Positions 36,901-47,200 of a stretch of 64,000 nucleotides of DNA are shown piece after piece. The notes under the pieces were generated by a model. The model did no database searches, had not been told where the DNA came from, and was given only the letters and a program-made list of their open reading frames with translations. Positions within the stretch are counted from its first letter, which is position 1. Each line of letters opens with the position of its first letter. Location of the stretch: contig LSRY02000061.1 of NCBI GenBank assembly GCA_001643675.2, positions 248,001 through 312,000 of the forward strand. The letters are read 5' to 3'. The stretch comes from Monocercomonoides exilis PA203 (taxonomy: Eukaryota > Protista > Preaxostyla). The translations under genes were made by a program, and so were the position numbers.

Positions 36901-37056
36901 GAACGAGGGGAAAGGGTGACATTGATGTGGGTGAAGCGGGAATTGTTTGGGCATTTCCCAGGAGAAGCAGCGGTGATGACGATGACGGATGCAATTTTAT
37001 ATGAGGAGAGCAAAGATAACATCTCGAGCTGCGAGAGTCTTGTGGAATATTTTTAA
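24940..37056 (+). CDS. Giant single-pass receptor-like protein: signal peptide, repeated Cys-capped beta-helix-like modules, TM helix, C-terminal degenerate (pseudo)kinase; 4,038 aa
   Basis: Single ORF with a hydrophobic N-terminus (LISFAIAVLFV); 8 repeats of CG-x4-(P/A)C plus many GGG(V/I/M)Y and GGA(I/M) motifs; TM WALIVIVIFAVLFLVVLVASIVATI (35746-35820) followed by RWRR; kinase C-lobe motifs LRWKAPELL and VFSIGMMLWECLTLKVPF, but no recognisable GxGxxG, VAIK, HRD or DFG. Confidence 0.9.
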   Translation: MMRSSRCSLISFAIAVLFVREMDAVIVSKENEDLLLKDELITDSSKEKGRYTEIKNNYKSEFSNYRKQRGKSYGGNKNQEIGKKANLKNGFNEMIDCFICEGLIECSTLNSHFVVLNSTLEACCVLFVQKTWNGMVEMRGNSVLKMKSVLIDFDSQSEVSAFVARGGEIYFENISASPTGLSRPIQAFVDNAQDGDESTLKVSFVKSTLRQISIAFSSSCLVQGSAGNVNIHECYFMNVSQCMKQKRKVTLPQSQMKWVKCEVENSELVGCDNPQYGAVIVPTEETLKMKNSSFERCTITHTPANGSRNSYSSGDVVASSIVFSDLTSQTEVGLAIYAEKTATLTIDSCVFRNISTFATEGNSYGAAVYHEGNGYHKSRGCNYTNCSSKYASGALKLASYGDQQIQSCNVVGCSSMHYSGIFLYFVTNYSIFTNSLVRECTASNYGAGAGVYVRNNKAIFSECKFSSCVSNFYCGTLSFVWGEEGSSIGFVCIHYCLFDNNTVKMEDGGCDIGSWNGSYYINKVVKESFISSFSLSTQSVRVMIGGINHTEWLPNPPIEDLFVHVSSVLGDDSRSGCGCEVIPCQTIGKGVLQRKDGQWLIVSEGAYSHDCLPVLDMNVNMNGGNVETSTLISCGTGNGKALFEVTTGTLAIEHFTVVHSSSESDPGSSVAGMSGNGKMELSDCEARSKEEDSVPFTKSMIVVEQGLATFRFVGFRNFRSTKQLISFSSPTVISVEAVEFHSITRTIGDGAVLEVNVKSGEELSLNNISFDKCKSCGGNGGGVWVELERGGMFEMGNTSDVSKGVRMRECEAMVNESTGKGGCGGGAYINVGDGADSFVLKRIQFVGCIAAKGKSLFVNAEQLSGLINRNSIGFDLVQSDLEELRGRESSIMDEGASVPLVVFLWTNTTSFGHVGGEDGVDFSRCGFEEAPCSSIKHAIKVWFSEKNRFIKIHSPFVLSEELSVNSYEWNITGSEPETQVEVESSGNGEQEGVVETSVKAWIGDLSVCVGDGMGVYQAVVVCRSGVLSMSKCGMKGSVGVVGLSFVKVVGGQVEISEMGISAIEFGEASTLVAEGGSRSKSSNDGSCCLKVNDSVFEQIRMRDGSVVRCGDGVDVNVKNCTFTSVSRTSGSGGSVCVEDGQSTRETAVVVSESEFEESVVEEDGAGGGGIWGRVTATRKVEIGFCTLKGCRAPSGEKRGYGGGMYLDVVEASAPFVVAAPQFTGENPNAAKEGNNLFVVSPNLIVSMSNSTLPFAVEMEGIELDSMRGFNGSDRSESIPLILYFKEVGSKIYVSGEGGKDIAVCGFDEYPCKSADYCLMRLGSKEEKQVVVKGSVTMGREIDLSDVDIRGEGERRAEMDVIGVVERVSGKMMRSQGVTRIRKLDIKLPAQLGNGTNAVFYSWTAGGELRIEDCWMGMKSGEAEEIEYNLICTEGNVLSLNWVRIEHMKSSQPLFSLSLIPIAAEEERGNNRSIEIRNSSFTSVTIPANDCVALFGSRIEVGLEMEECNISDVVSEGSGEGGAMKFVVEGLGWVEVMKCMIDGCKAETTAFGKGGGIYVECGRGFPVSFSEIVFERCDAYCGKNIFAKGYKLWSDIEKSKLNVEIPLEKERLNEFVGYDEEESVLVPLAVFVAMLEGKGYVGGESGIDYPMCGNEWFACKTIGYMGEWRFRGEKANVLLQNTFSFRDRIVLDEQSFEICAQNEGGEVRVEGGGGGGEGSGLIEIRSNVQLEKMALVLPSVFEPVARECLFLSKSASLTLEEMEMKMEASVQGCRYWIVKSVGGSVKVRGMVIRRAEFTGAGVIEMSGAEVLGNVNGLVMEEIKMKGVGGLVVMKGGAKVEVMNSSVKEATFENHCGMYLERGSGLVMTECNMSGVKREGGDGGGVAGVVGSGQRVEMKGCVLKTMGCSSSGSGGGSVKMVVEKGGEFVFDSNEVRESKVPALEGNGGGVHLTLEDKDQRYSMKGLILEENDAKYGKDVYLVCPSPREMVDPLLWSGSASKEEEERRKWVVDPGDERMNMTLLRFLFPLDEDIIYVDEELGREVEGCGSSVNPCNELGYGYGKLGDAKTILHIQNKAKLVSLIERADAKLTIRGEELKSELIVEEAGRVVLKSGTQSTWLTFQNIMFTLYGSGEEHDDVIVGNVGRVWIVGCEFGSKNGTQAECSRWIVCGGGSSVQIENSTVGAIEFVGRGGLCKITSGSVVMVGCFVEDVKGKENSMILCQEGANVCVNETTITGCEMGSGGLIEAKNASTVEILEGTKFEGCSSDSGDGACIHCEVGGRRRVAIKNAGFKRCIVNERCGRGGGIYLRLKDDVESDIELSGLEFRENIAFAGRDVFVECEELNKSVKAERLQIEMFDADGRQIAFMEGTDNGAFNGFVADLGLFLFEYCSGTVAVCSQTGIDIAGCGRAEMPCNTFWSGFQHVNWSASGMKQMVLEGTMSVRDTFCVSLLRIVSSSDEKNCIIHFEADLEAVEGDEVFLASADASFSGISFVIPSAFAPERVCLVLLDPEAASFAEFSFKNCTFQCVESVKGNLAIGYCLIEAKGGMVGIENCTFGNFLFSTPPLVFLSAATIDGCTFESMETSNSKQGGAIKVNFGAIDQLIVKKTKLIGCVCSVEEGKGGGMYVDCAESTADEPFVFENMIFEKNKAFAGENVFVVSSCLNSTVTEHSFLFSYEQTSTNGKEFMGSDDQFVDTDLLRFLVLYKSSAIHVSSSGADVKRCGSEAEPCQSFWSGMSHIERNESGMEIAISGETTVADEYDVSMLRIGSYGSDAGEQLKGKVIIVGKQSGRTGGYFVNRERLEVELIHFVIRAQFDSFSNCVIVNEEGRLEVKKCGVEMRDVNGDVAGCSFVEMRKGELNVEGLEMEASVIEKGVFVIFEECRCKCEGLSLLATEIRRGCLFEIADGLGRANERGKLELNDSSLSTISRGDNGGSVIHVGATGGGAGAENVNGVDVEVSGCEFVDCKAEASIGGGVMFVWLREGGALRVRDTTMMRCSCSSQGRGGGVYIGTDLGGKLEFVFERMVLKGNTAGVGNDIYVRCVNISQQINETQFRFSLRESDYSRRNAIFGCDATDHVLDTDLMDFITIYESDMIVVSSLDEKKGKDIRQCGTAKLPCVSVGYGVQHLTNELMSVMLVDEVSVIEGEVSLKNMTLESRSKSTARVEVVNGMEQTRECVIEVTEYVVLSLVRFEFGERMLNGYSVFISVVNDSVSVENCVFGILESSATLCVVSFCLIHITAGEGFIGGCSICGLSFSEAIFEMEHSSFTISSCDFTEMECRKNVVRQCEGNLAVRNSSISKMDEEETCEAGVSCSSVSSVQMESCTIRGRSVENEKGSVVTLVKCGNVKIDSCTFLGSTTVSEKENGFNGDADICSWNGSIVSFENCEVLMKDTTITNSSEGGITMNGGSVIIEAGNFSNNNPSIEGYSSLRRNIICSDSGTSNMMSLKGGDGVKDNSSLWILNEGCTLGGIVSERDSSFFIPVLESVEAKEETDRMKLTFKGLLLIPCNLSFSITKRKGEEKEIEKHDFDTNGFLSEREIEGSVTKDLISSCGDEIEVSVHILFGNAESPSSTHSFILKNTSETKQKDDERISEGGKEGKSSWALIVIVIFAVLFLVVLVASIVATIRWRRAKEEAQKYKEIVNDNIRKDPKAFEMVTMEMSPEEQWRRAEREAEKKNDERMKKRIYDTNMEHSESSEHLLSESGSTEYILGRDSDKIPEWALEKVEEEETRKRTPSPSISSTSTTDTSDTNTTFVRGEDLCPTTSSMSNLVDAMACSSPHEKLIVDLRDSLFMLLHGRNEKKEMAIGTLQEREMTAAQILFWVANLALHSFDEMNNPLQSLSNLSPHIVLFSEHMVICIALHSDCSSSDSDSSSISSSTVVTSTSDDGDERDSLPSSAFEDEEDNRNECLRWKAPELLNGTKKHATKKTVVFSIGMMLWECLTLKVPFGEYEAEVAGQKIVNGERPCGGESEASGMHEMVKGCRRAERGERVTLMWVKRELFGHFPGEAAVMTMTDAILYEESKDNISSCESLVEYF
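26620..35030 (+). repeat. Eight degenerate ~1.1-kb (~360 aa) tandem protein modules inside the receptor ORF
   Basis: First Cys codon of each CG-x4-(P/A)C motif at 26668, 27712, 28849, 29890, 31072, 32155, 33100, 34267 (spacings 945-1182 nt). Confidence 0.8.
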
Positions 37057-37661
37057 AGAAGCAGATGAGGAAATATCCAGAAAAGGAATTCAAAACAAAT
37101 TGTGAATCTGCTTCTGAAAGATAGAAAATTCGAAAACAATGCAGGCGAAAGAAAATTAAAAGGGAACAATCTTTTTTTCTTTGGAGATAATGGACAGCAT
37201 GAGAATGGATTGAAATGTGCACTTATGCTCACTGGGAAAAATAATTGAAAATTTTGTCTTTTTCTGTTTTGCTTGTTAAAAATTTGAGGCAGTTAATTTT
37301 AATAAAATGGTGATGGATTTTGAAAAGGAGCGTTGGATTCAATGAAGAGTTTGATGAAATTGCGAAATGATTGAATTTTCTTTTTCAAGTAATGTTTGTA
37401 TTTTTTTAGTGAAAATACTCTTTCAATGAGAGAGTGTTGCGTTGATGGATGCAATGAACAATAAAAAAGAATATATTTTTAAGTGCTTTTGGCAAAAGGA
37501 TCGTTTGAGTGAAATGTGGAGTTTTTTGTTTTGTTGCACAAAGTTTTTGAATGTATTCAAAATACCAATTGATTTCACATGTTTATTTCGCATTTCAATT
37601 CGTTTATGTACAAAGTGTTTTGTTATTTAGATATTAACTTACGCTTTGCTTTTTCTTTATG

Positions 37662-37709
37662 TATTTTAATATGTATTTATATTTATATTTTAATATGTAT
37701 TTATATTTA
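37662..37709. repeat. Perfect 24-bp tandem duplication (TATTTTAATATGTATTTATATTTA x2), intergenic
   Basis: Read directly at 37662-37685 and 37686-37709. Confidence 0.85.
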
Positions 37710-38200
37710 TGTTTTTGTTCATATAGAAAGAGAAATTGATTTTGTAATTAGGATGCAAATTTATTTTCTTCTGAAACGAATTTATTTGGGGCTAAATTTT
37801 TGCTTTTTTGACATAAATCACGATTTGTTCCAAACTTATTCTGATTTCATATCATTGCAAGTCTAACATTTTTAGCAAAACAATATAGAAAAAAATTATT
37901 GAATTACGAAAAGTTCTCAAAAATGTTGCGTGAGATAAAATTTAGAAATTAAAAACAAAATTACATACAATGTCTTATTGCCAAAAATTACATGACAAAA
38001 ATTGAATGATCTTTTCAAAAAAGAATCTTTGAAAAACCACTTGTATATTTTATTTAATTATTTGAACTTGCAACCTTTGAAGAAAAATAAATTAAATTAC
38101 AAACAAATTTTTAAAAAATGAAATTACATTTTTTGTTATTTTTAACACACAAAGATATCGTTCATTTATATCTTTGAATGAGCAAACATTGCTTTGTTCA

Positions 38201-41200
38201 TTAGTTTTCTTCTTCTTTTTCAAAATAATCATTTTCAGTCATCCCAAGAATCAAAACACCTTCGCTGAGAATGCAATCTTGAATACTTCGTTTTGGATAA
38301 ATTTCAGCCGAGATAGGAATCGTTAGTATATTTTTTGGAGTTGTAATTCGCACAATGTCACTAACTTTTATGAAAGTCTGCTCCGTGACGAGAGTGGCAG
38401 ATCCATTTACGAACTCTGATCTAAAAGAAGAGCTTGAAAAGCTCGAACTATTTGAATGAGACATAGGCATCAAAGCATTCTTACAAGCAATAGAACTATT
38501 GCATTCTACAGTGAGTTCCACAGTCAATCCTGGAGCAACCAATTGCGGAATACACACAATATGAAAACATGACTTGCTTATTTCAAGTGGCTGAACAAAA
38601 AACCGTTCACTATCTTCTCCGCAATTTTTGATGGCACCTTTCATTGAAAATATTCCATTTCCGCTCAACTCTCCGAAATGCAACACGTTTGGTACGCCAA
38701 CAAAACCTCGTTCAGCCTTTGCTTTCAAAACTGCTGATCCGGTAGAAGATGTTCTTATATCACGTGAAATAAGTCCATCGACACAAAGCCATTCACAATT
38801 TGGCTCGCTTTTTGCCTGCATTGCAGAAAATGGTGAAATAAGTCCTTCCTTTCTTGAATATTTGCTTCTCGGACTGCTTAATCTTTTACTTCTATCTGTA
38901 ACAGAGCCTTCAGGATATCTTGCTCTTGCATTTCCTTCTTTGCTATTGAATGTTCTCTGCGAATCAAATTCATTCTCCATCTGTAACTGCTCAATCTGCT
39001 GCTGTGCGCGGAGTGTCATCAACACCTTTTCAACACGAGAAGATGAAGGAGTGAACGGTTTCTGCAGCCTTGAAATTGTTTGAGATTCTTCTAATTTCAC
39101 CTTATTAAAAGGCTCTTCATCCATAACTGTAGATGAAGCAGCGTAATTTGTTGTGGAACGAAATGTTTGCGGAGAATACGGTATCTTTTTGGATTTGGAT
39201 GCTGCTGTTGGACTAAATAAAGATTTTGAACTGAACGATAAGCCTCTGGAAGAAGTGGGAGAGACTGTTGCAAGATTCATATTATTTGATACAGTATCAA
39301 CATTTCTTAATGATCGACTATCCCTTGTGAAAGTAAAAGATGCAGCCGAGCCAGCAGTTGAAGATCTTTGAAGATAATTCGAGCGTCCAGCGGAAGCTGC
39401 TCTCGATTGCGCAGAAAAAGTACCTTGATTTACATATCCTGAACTGCGCGGAGTTGAAAGTAGTTTATTTTCATTCATGACAGAAGAAATCTGCTGTCTA
39501 TATTGATGAAACGGAGAAAGAGAAAATGATAAAGCATTAGATGCAGTTCCAGGTTTTAAACTTAAATCTTTCATGCTTGTGCCACTTGGTCTGAATGAAG
39601 AATCTGAAGAAAAAGGCCTCGCCTGCGGTTGCAATGATAAAGTTGAATCGCGAGGTGTTAAAGAGATATCTGCAGAGTGCACATTTGCCATCGACAATTC
39701 TCGCAGTTCTTCTTCAATGCGAGCTCTTTCCACAACAGACGTACTTAGAACCTTCCCAGAATTATCAGCCAAATTTTCACTATCCACCGTGTTTCGTCTT
39801 GTCGATGCTCTGTCGGAGATGCTATCTCCATCATTTTCCACTTCGTCTTCTATTCTCCCTTTCATACTCTTTTGAAGTTGCTGAGAAGATTGTTTGGATT
39901 TCACAGAACTAATCGATCCGCTGAATGACGAAGCATGCTTTGCAGAGTGCGAATAAAATCCGCTTGATCCAAAAGGAATTGATGAAGATGAAGAAGTTGA
40001 GTGAGCTGTACCTCTGGCTTGTTGATGAGATAAAGTTGCCCTCTGTCCTGAAGATTGTGATTGTGAAAAATTCGAGTGATTTGATTGGAGTGAAGGTGAA
40101 GATGAAGGCGAAGGGGATTTTTCTTTTTGCTTTTCTTTCTGGAATTCTATCCCTTCACAAGAATGGAAAAATGAAATGTGCCTACCATTTCCAGGCCGCT
40201 CGTAGAGTAAAGCTTCGTCAGTTTTCGTTTTTCCATCTTCCTCTTCTTTTACAGCTTTCATCATGTTTGTCTCAGCCTGCTTTCTTCTTTTTTCAACAAC
40301 CTGTTGATGAAATAGCACTTGAGATGACACAGTGCCGCTTGTCTTCTTCAACACACCGTTTGTCTCGCGTGTCACAATCCCAGCTTTTCCCTTCATTCCT
40401 CTTGATGTTGCTTCACGCTTCCCATTACTCGCTTCTATTGGTATTGCCTGTTCCATTGGCATACCTGGCCTGGGTAAGCCGGCCATTCCGCTGAAAGAAC
40501 CGTATCCGTCAACAGCAATCTGTGCAAATGCAGCGCTTGAGGAAACAGCCGCATCAGTTAATATCTCATTGAACACTGAGAAAACTCTCAATGAAGGATC
40601 AATAAATCTTCCAAAGCTTTCCTTTCTCATTCGTTCTCGCTCTTTCCTTAGAACTGCTACGCTTCTGGTTGCAATCTTCTCCAATTGACTTTTTGACGAA
40701 GCAGATGAAGAATAGGAAGACAGGCTAACACCTTTCCATCCTCCTGTCGTAGGGCCATTTAGCCAGCTACCAAAACGAGAGAAGAAAGAAGCAGAAGGAA
40801 CAGAGCGAGGAGAGGATGCAGCAACAAACACAGATGAAAAAGATGGACGAATAGTGGACGAGAAGAAAGGTTGGTTAGATAGAGAAGCAACACCAGTTCC
40901 ACAAATTCCTAATGACGTGGCTGTGATGTTTCCAGATGGGATTACATTACGCGATCGGAATCCGCTGCCCAATAACTGAACGATAACCCATTCCTGTACT
41001 GCCACCTCTTCATCAAGTCTTCTTAAAACGGGATCGCTGTGGAAAAGCGTTGTTATGGCTTCACTGAAATACGGATCATTTCTTATTGCGTGAGGAGTTA
41101 GGGATAATGAACTTAGCTGCGAAGATAGAGCCGATAGATCAAACGAGCCAACTGACCCGCTGCTGCTCCCAGTTGAAGACCGGAATGAGAGCTGGGAATT

Positions 41201-44200
41201 GCGTACTCCTCGTTGAGAAGACATCGAAGAGCGATACGAAGAAAGACCCGAACTTACCGCGTTGGAAAGAGATTCCTTTGCCCCATCACCGCTTCCATTT
41301 CCTTTAACCTCAGAGTCATCTTCATCATCTTTTCCACGTTGTGCCACAATATTCAGAAGAGAAAGAATGTGCTGTTGAAGAGTAGCTTTTGTTCTCGAAT
41401 GAAGAACTGTTCCAACGATCCACTCGACAGAACGCGCAAAGGCACTCCAAGCAGATTCTAGCGCACGAGCGAGAGCAATCTGCATTTTGCTTAGCATTTT
41501 TTCAGAGCGAACGTCGAGAAGGTAGTTACACAACGTGAGATACTCATAAATAAGAAGTTGAAGAAGGGGAGAAGGAGCAGGATGTTGGATAAACTGGCGA
41601 TAGAACGTGAGCGACGGTGGAACACTCTGACCGTTGCATGAGCAAGATGACGACGAGTTTGACGCTTGGGAAGATTGATGAGATGCAGAATAATAAAGAT
41701 TGTTATTGGACTGCGAAGATGTTGATGCAACAGAATCTATCAAACTATTCACAACTGCTGATTCAAACGGATCGTTCTGAGGCGATTGGCTTCCAAATCT
41801 ATCTCCGAATCGTTGGCGATCTAACAGTTGAGGAGATCGACTTCTTGGTGAGAGCGGAACATCAGTTGTTAAGACAGAAGATATGCTTGAGCTAGAAGTG
41901 AATGAGGACGTACTTGGCTGAGATGAGACTTGTGATGGAGCAACAGGAGAATGAATGAGAGGAGGAATGGGAGAAGTTCCATCGACAATACTTGTAAGTT
42001 TCGAGTGAGAGAGACTCATCTGCTTCAGATACAAAGGAAGATATTCTCCTCTGATTGTTCTTGGCTCATAGCGGAGAAGATCAGGATGATAGGCACACCA
42101 GGGCGGTCTGAGAGAGGCAGAAGAAGGAGGCTGAACGTTCAGAACAGAAGGGTTCTGAGACTGCTGCACAGAAGACGACGAAGACGATTTTGATGAAGAA
42201 GAAGACGAAAGAGAAGCGTCTTTGGACAATGCGCTCATTCCCAGTGGAGTCGGTGCTGGACCGATGGAAGATAAACAAGCGGTTCCGCCGGCTGATCCTT
42301 CTTGGAGACTCAAAGCACGCCCGTCGAACATTGCCATGTTTGGCGTGTTGAATCCAACAGGAAGCGGAAGATCGACTGCTTGAACAGGAGAAAATGTTGA
42401 AGAGGCTGCTTGTCTTTCGTTTTTCTCTTTTTCTGACTCTCTTCCCATTGATGATGCAGGAACTTTGCTTCCTCCAAGATGAGATGAATGGTGGATTGGA
42501 TGAGCAGAGGACGAAGTCGACAAAGAAGATGCACCAAATAAAGCTCCAGAAAACGAAGGAGATCGAGCGTGAATCGCAGCTGGAGGAGGAGAATTGAATC
42601 CGATGCCGGCATCAGACAGAACCACTCCACGAGGAGAAGGCATTGCACTGTGCAATGGTGAAGACAGAGAAGGAGAAGAAGGAACTATGAGAGAAGACGG
42701 TGCATGAGACTGCAATGGAAGAAGAGATGGCGAATCAGACATCATCTGGCTGCCTTGGTTTGATAAAGAAGAAGAGTTCTGATTGGAAGTTGATGAAGCA
42801 GAGGAGGAGGAAGAAGAATATGGAGAAAGTGCAGAATTTGATCCGAACTGTTTTGCCAAGAATCGCACAGGTCTGCAAGAACAAGAGTAGCTGTCCGGTC
42901 TGCAACAACATGGAATAACAGAAGTGTGAAGGAATGAGACCGAAGGAGGAAGAAGATCAATATCATTAGAAAATGCTTGACTTGCCTGAGAAGCAGAAGA
43001 TGATGAAGGAGACTGATTGGATGCTGTTTGTGTGCTTGAATTGTGCGTGTCATGAACAGATGATGTCAGACTCTGATTGGATGTAACAATCGGGGTGCAA
43101 AAGACTATTGCTTGTGGTGGTGCTGGGGTCTGCTCAATAACAAATGCATTTGGATGAAGCACAATAGGCTGCGACTTTGATGGTTGACGAACGAGGTTTG
43201 AGGCACCATTGCTTTCAGAACTTACTGATGCTCCAGAAAGACCAGAAGTTGTGACCTCTTGTGAATTATGCTTCAAAGTTGAAGTTTCAGATGCATGTTT
43301 TGTTTGTCCATACGATGCCGATTTTCTCAGTGCTGCATCTTTAGCTTTATCATTGCTCTTTTCGTGATCGATCCGTTCCTCGTCTTTCTGTTTGAACAAA
43401 GAGGAAGATGAGGTAGCTGCCGTATCAGCACGAACTTCAGCATTAGCTTTCCTCTTTCGCGCAGTCATCTGAAGAAAGCCAGCAAATGGCTGTCTGTAAG
43501 GATCAGTTGTGCATAAATACGATGCGGGCACACGAGAAGGTGAAATGAGAGAACCCGGTGGAAGAACGGAAGAAGGCGGAATGAAGCCAATGTGACGTGA
43601 ATGCAACGAAGGAATGATAGAAAGAGTTGCCACGGCCGATGAATTGGTTGTTAATGACGACAGAGGAGGAGGTGTGGATGTGGTTGGAGTGGCTGACGAG
43701 GAAGTATTTGCAGTGGAAGTAGGTGTGAGAGATGCATTGGAGGATTGCGTTGGCGAATCAGAAGGCGGTGGAGTGACTGCACGTGTGGAGAAGTGAGCCA
43801 AAGGAGACGAGAACAAAGAAGAAGATGAGTTTGTTCCATTTCCTGTAATGTGAGATGATGTGCTTGAAGAAGAAGCAGATGATGCTGAATTTGGCATAAA
43901 TATCTCTTTCACATTGTTCCACAATCCATTTCGAGGAGAAGATTGACTCTGTTCTTCGACACTCTCTGCAGGTGGAACAAGAAGCTGCTGCCCAGCTGCC
44001 GAGATCACATCCTTCACAGGAAGCGCAGGAGAAATCATTTGAAGCAAGGCAGCATTCATTCCGACTGAAGAGTTGCCAGAGATGGCAGGAAGAGGATAGG
44101 CAGAGCGCATCAGAAGCTCTTGAACACGCGACGGGCGGAGCGAAGACAGATCAACAAACTGCGGGAAATCGAAGCCTGACGAAGAGCAAGTTGTGGCAAC

Positions 44201-47200
44201 AGATGAAAGAGAAGAAGAAGATGCTGCATTGGATGGAGGTGCTGATGAGCTTGGCTGGAATATCGATGGAAGAGGCAGCTCTGAGTTTTGCTCAGAAAGA
44301 GCAGGAGGAATGGCAATGTCTGGAGAAGAACGAGATGCAAAACTCGAAGGCGTTCCTGAAGACGCGAACAACGAAGCAGGCAATACAGAATTGTCTTCCT
44401 GTGCTTTTAGTGGATATTGCGGATTTGCCTGATTCTGCGAGGCTGGTGGATCTTCAGCGCAAATCACAGCAGAAAGGATGTCAAAGTTGAGAGGGGTGAC
44501 TTCAGGATCAGCTGGCTGAAGGTTGGCAAGAACATGTGCCAGCGGAGCATTCACACTGGCAGTTGACGAAGCAGATGAAAGCGAAGACGTGGAAGCAGCA
44601 GAAGCTTGCGAAAGAATCGAATTGAGTGTTTTGAACTCATTTGCAAGCTGCGGAGGAAGAGGTGAAGTGGCATGAAGAGGAGAAGGTGATGTGGAAGGTG
44701 AAGGTCTTGAGCTGTCAGCGCCTCCGCTTCTCTTTTCGTTGTCAGCATCGACCATCGCACGCAGATGGCGCGGGATGGCAGCAGTGGCTGTAGTGAACAC
44801 CATCGAATTGGACTGCTCAATATCCCCTGGACGCGGATACAGCCGCGTGACAGCCTTTCGTGGATGGAGCTCGAACCCAGAGCGATCGGCTCTGATGACA
44901 AACATGCGAGGCAGAATGGAAGGAGATGCAGATGAAGAGGAAGCAGAAGACGAGACAAGAGGAGAAGTAATCGATGAAGGATTAACACTCACAGTTGAAA
45001 TGGATTTGGCTGAAGATGAGTTTGCCATTCCTGATGAGGATGAAGACGAGGAAGAAGCCGGAGAATTCGTAGTGACAGCAGGAAGGCTTGTCCTCTTTAT
45101 TAATTCTGCTATTTTGCTCAGCTGATGGTAATGAAGTGCACCTAATCTTGCAATCCACCTCTGCCTCTCGAATGGCACAGGCTGCTCAGCTTCCACATAT
45201 TTTGTGTCTGCTGTTTCTCTTCTATCTTGATAATCACCTCCCTCACCAATCTTTTCTCCGTCTTCATCGTTCCTTTGCGATCCACCTTTTCCGTCTTCCC
45301 CTCTTTCTCTCCTTTCCTCTGCATCATTCAACGGATATTCATGGAATGAATCCAAAGGCAATTGAATGCTCTCCTCTGTTGAGAGAGAAGGTGATGGATC
45401 AGAAAATCCTGTTGGCGTAGCGTGTGACGAAGGGCGAGACGATGGTCGAGAAGAACCCGAATGAAGAGGACGTGATTTCATCATCTGGAGCGCTTTTCTC
45501 TTGTTCTTTCGTGCAATTTCAGCAGCCTCCTGTTCAAGATGATCTTTCAGCTGCTTCATCTCCTTCAGCTTCCGTTCCATGTACTCAACAGAATCTCTGT
45601 CTTCAACAGGAGTCACTGACATGATTGAGTCAACAAGAGAGCAGTTTGAAAGTGCTGCTGTGGGTGACGATGAAGGTCCAACAATGGAAGAATGCGAAGA
45701 AGAAAACGATGATGTGGGCAGAGGAGAAATAGGAAGTCCCATTGCATTGAGGGCAGATGCAGACACTGCTCCACAACTGCCTATTCCACCCCACATTTCC
45801 ACGCCTTGGCCAAACAACGAAGGCAAAAAGGCTTCGTGCACACGAGTCGAAAGTGTTGCAGAACGTAAGTTTTTGGCGTTGATCCATCCGCTTATTCCAG
45901 AGAAGGAAGTCACATAAACACGACGGGCAGTTTGAACTCGTCGTTGAGATGCAGATGAAGTGGCTGAGGTTGCCATTGTGCCTGAAATAGAAGAAGGTGA
46001 AGGAAGTGCAGGAGCAGATGGAATGGACGATGATGGTGGAGAAGAAGAAGAAGATGATGATGATGATGAAGAGGAAGAGGCAAATGTTGATGTTGCTGAA
46101 GCAGATGAAGGAGAAACTGGTGGTTGTGTGGAAGAAAGAGAAGAAGAGGAACTTGAAGAAGGAGCAATGGGAGCAGTCTTTTTTGAAGGTCTAACAGCCA
46201 AAGTTCCTTCCAGAACATTAAAGAAGAGAAGAGGCAATCTTCCAGACAGCGCCGTTGCTGGAGGAATGCGATGGATGGCAGAGTCCACAAACACAGATAC
46301 AACACCAGAAGAGGAGTAGTGAATGTGTGTGTTGTCTGGCTTAGACAGCACGATTTTGTGGTCGTTTGCCAGCCATTCGAGAGAAGCTCCATCAGGAAGT
46401 GCAACAACAACACGATCACGAATCCATTCACTCGACGCTGAGGCAGCAGCAGAAGATGAAGTTGTTGTCATAAGAGATGCTCCGATGTTGGCATTGCTTT
46501 TCGCTCCTCCTCCACTTCCTTTCTGCTCTTGTTGATTCTGATGCCCCACAATCGATGCAAACTGCTTCTGAACAAGGTAAATAAGCACTCTTGGTGAGTT
46601 CGCATGCTCAACAGACAGAATAGCTTTGATGGGTGCCTTTGTTCCGGTCTCTTGTTCGAATTGCATGAGTGCATTTTGTGAAAAGCCACGTTTAGAAGAA
46701 GAAGACAATGTAGATGATGATCTCGTTCCTCTTTTTCTGTCATTTGCATTCCCTGCTCCCTGAGCTGAAGAGTTCCCATTCGAATAATCTCTTTTCAGCA
46801 AATCTTCCTCAGAGAAAGCAAATGAATGGAACACTCTTGTTCCATCTGCATGATGCACCAGCCTTTCTCCTGTTTTGTGCTGGATGACCATCACATGATC
46901 AGCACGCGTGGTGACTTCTGCATTGAGCTGCGAATCTGTCGAAGTAACAGATGAAATTGGAGGCAGATGCTCGCAGATTGGGAACGAAGGTGGAAGGAGG
47001 AATGGGCTGAGAGTGCAAGAAGGAGCTGGTGAATTCTTTTGAGCAATCATTGAACTTGAGACTGAAGACGTTGAAAATGCAGCAGAAGAAGATGTGCTTC
47101 GCATAGGAACAGGCGATCTTGGAGTTCTCGGAGTTGCAAGTGAAACATTGTCTGAGTGTGGACTGGATGGAGTCTGTGGCATTGGCTCTGGGATTTGCTC

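Noticed and set aside
36200-36990. Active tyrosine-kinase-like domain
   Set aside because: No Gly-rich loop, VAIK lysine, HRD or DFG is recognisable, so it is reported as a pseudokinase.
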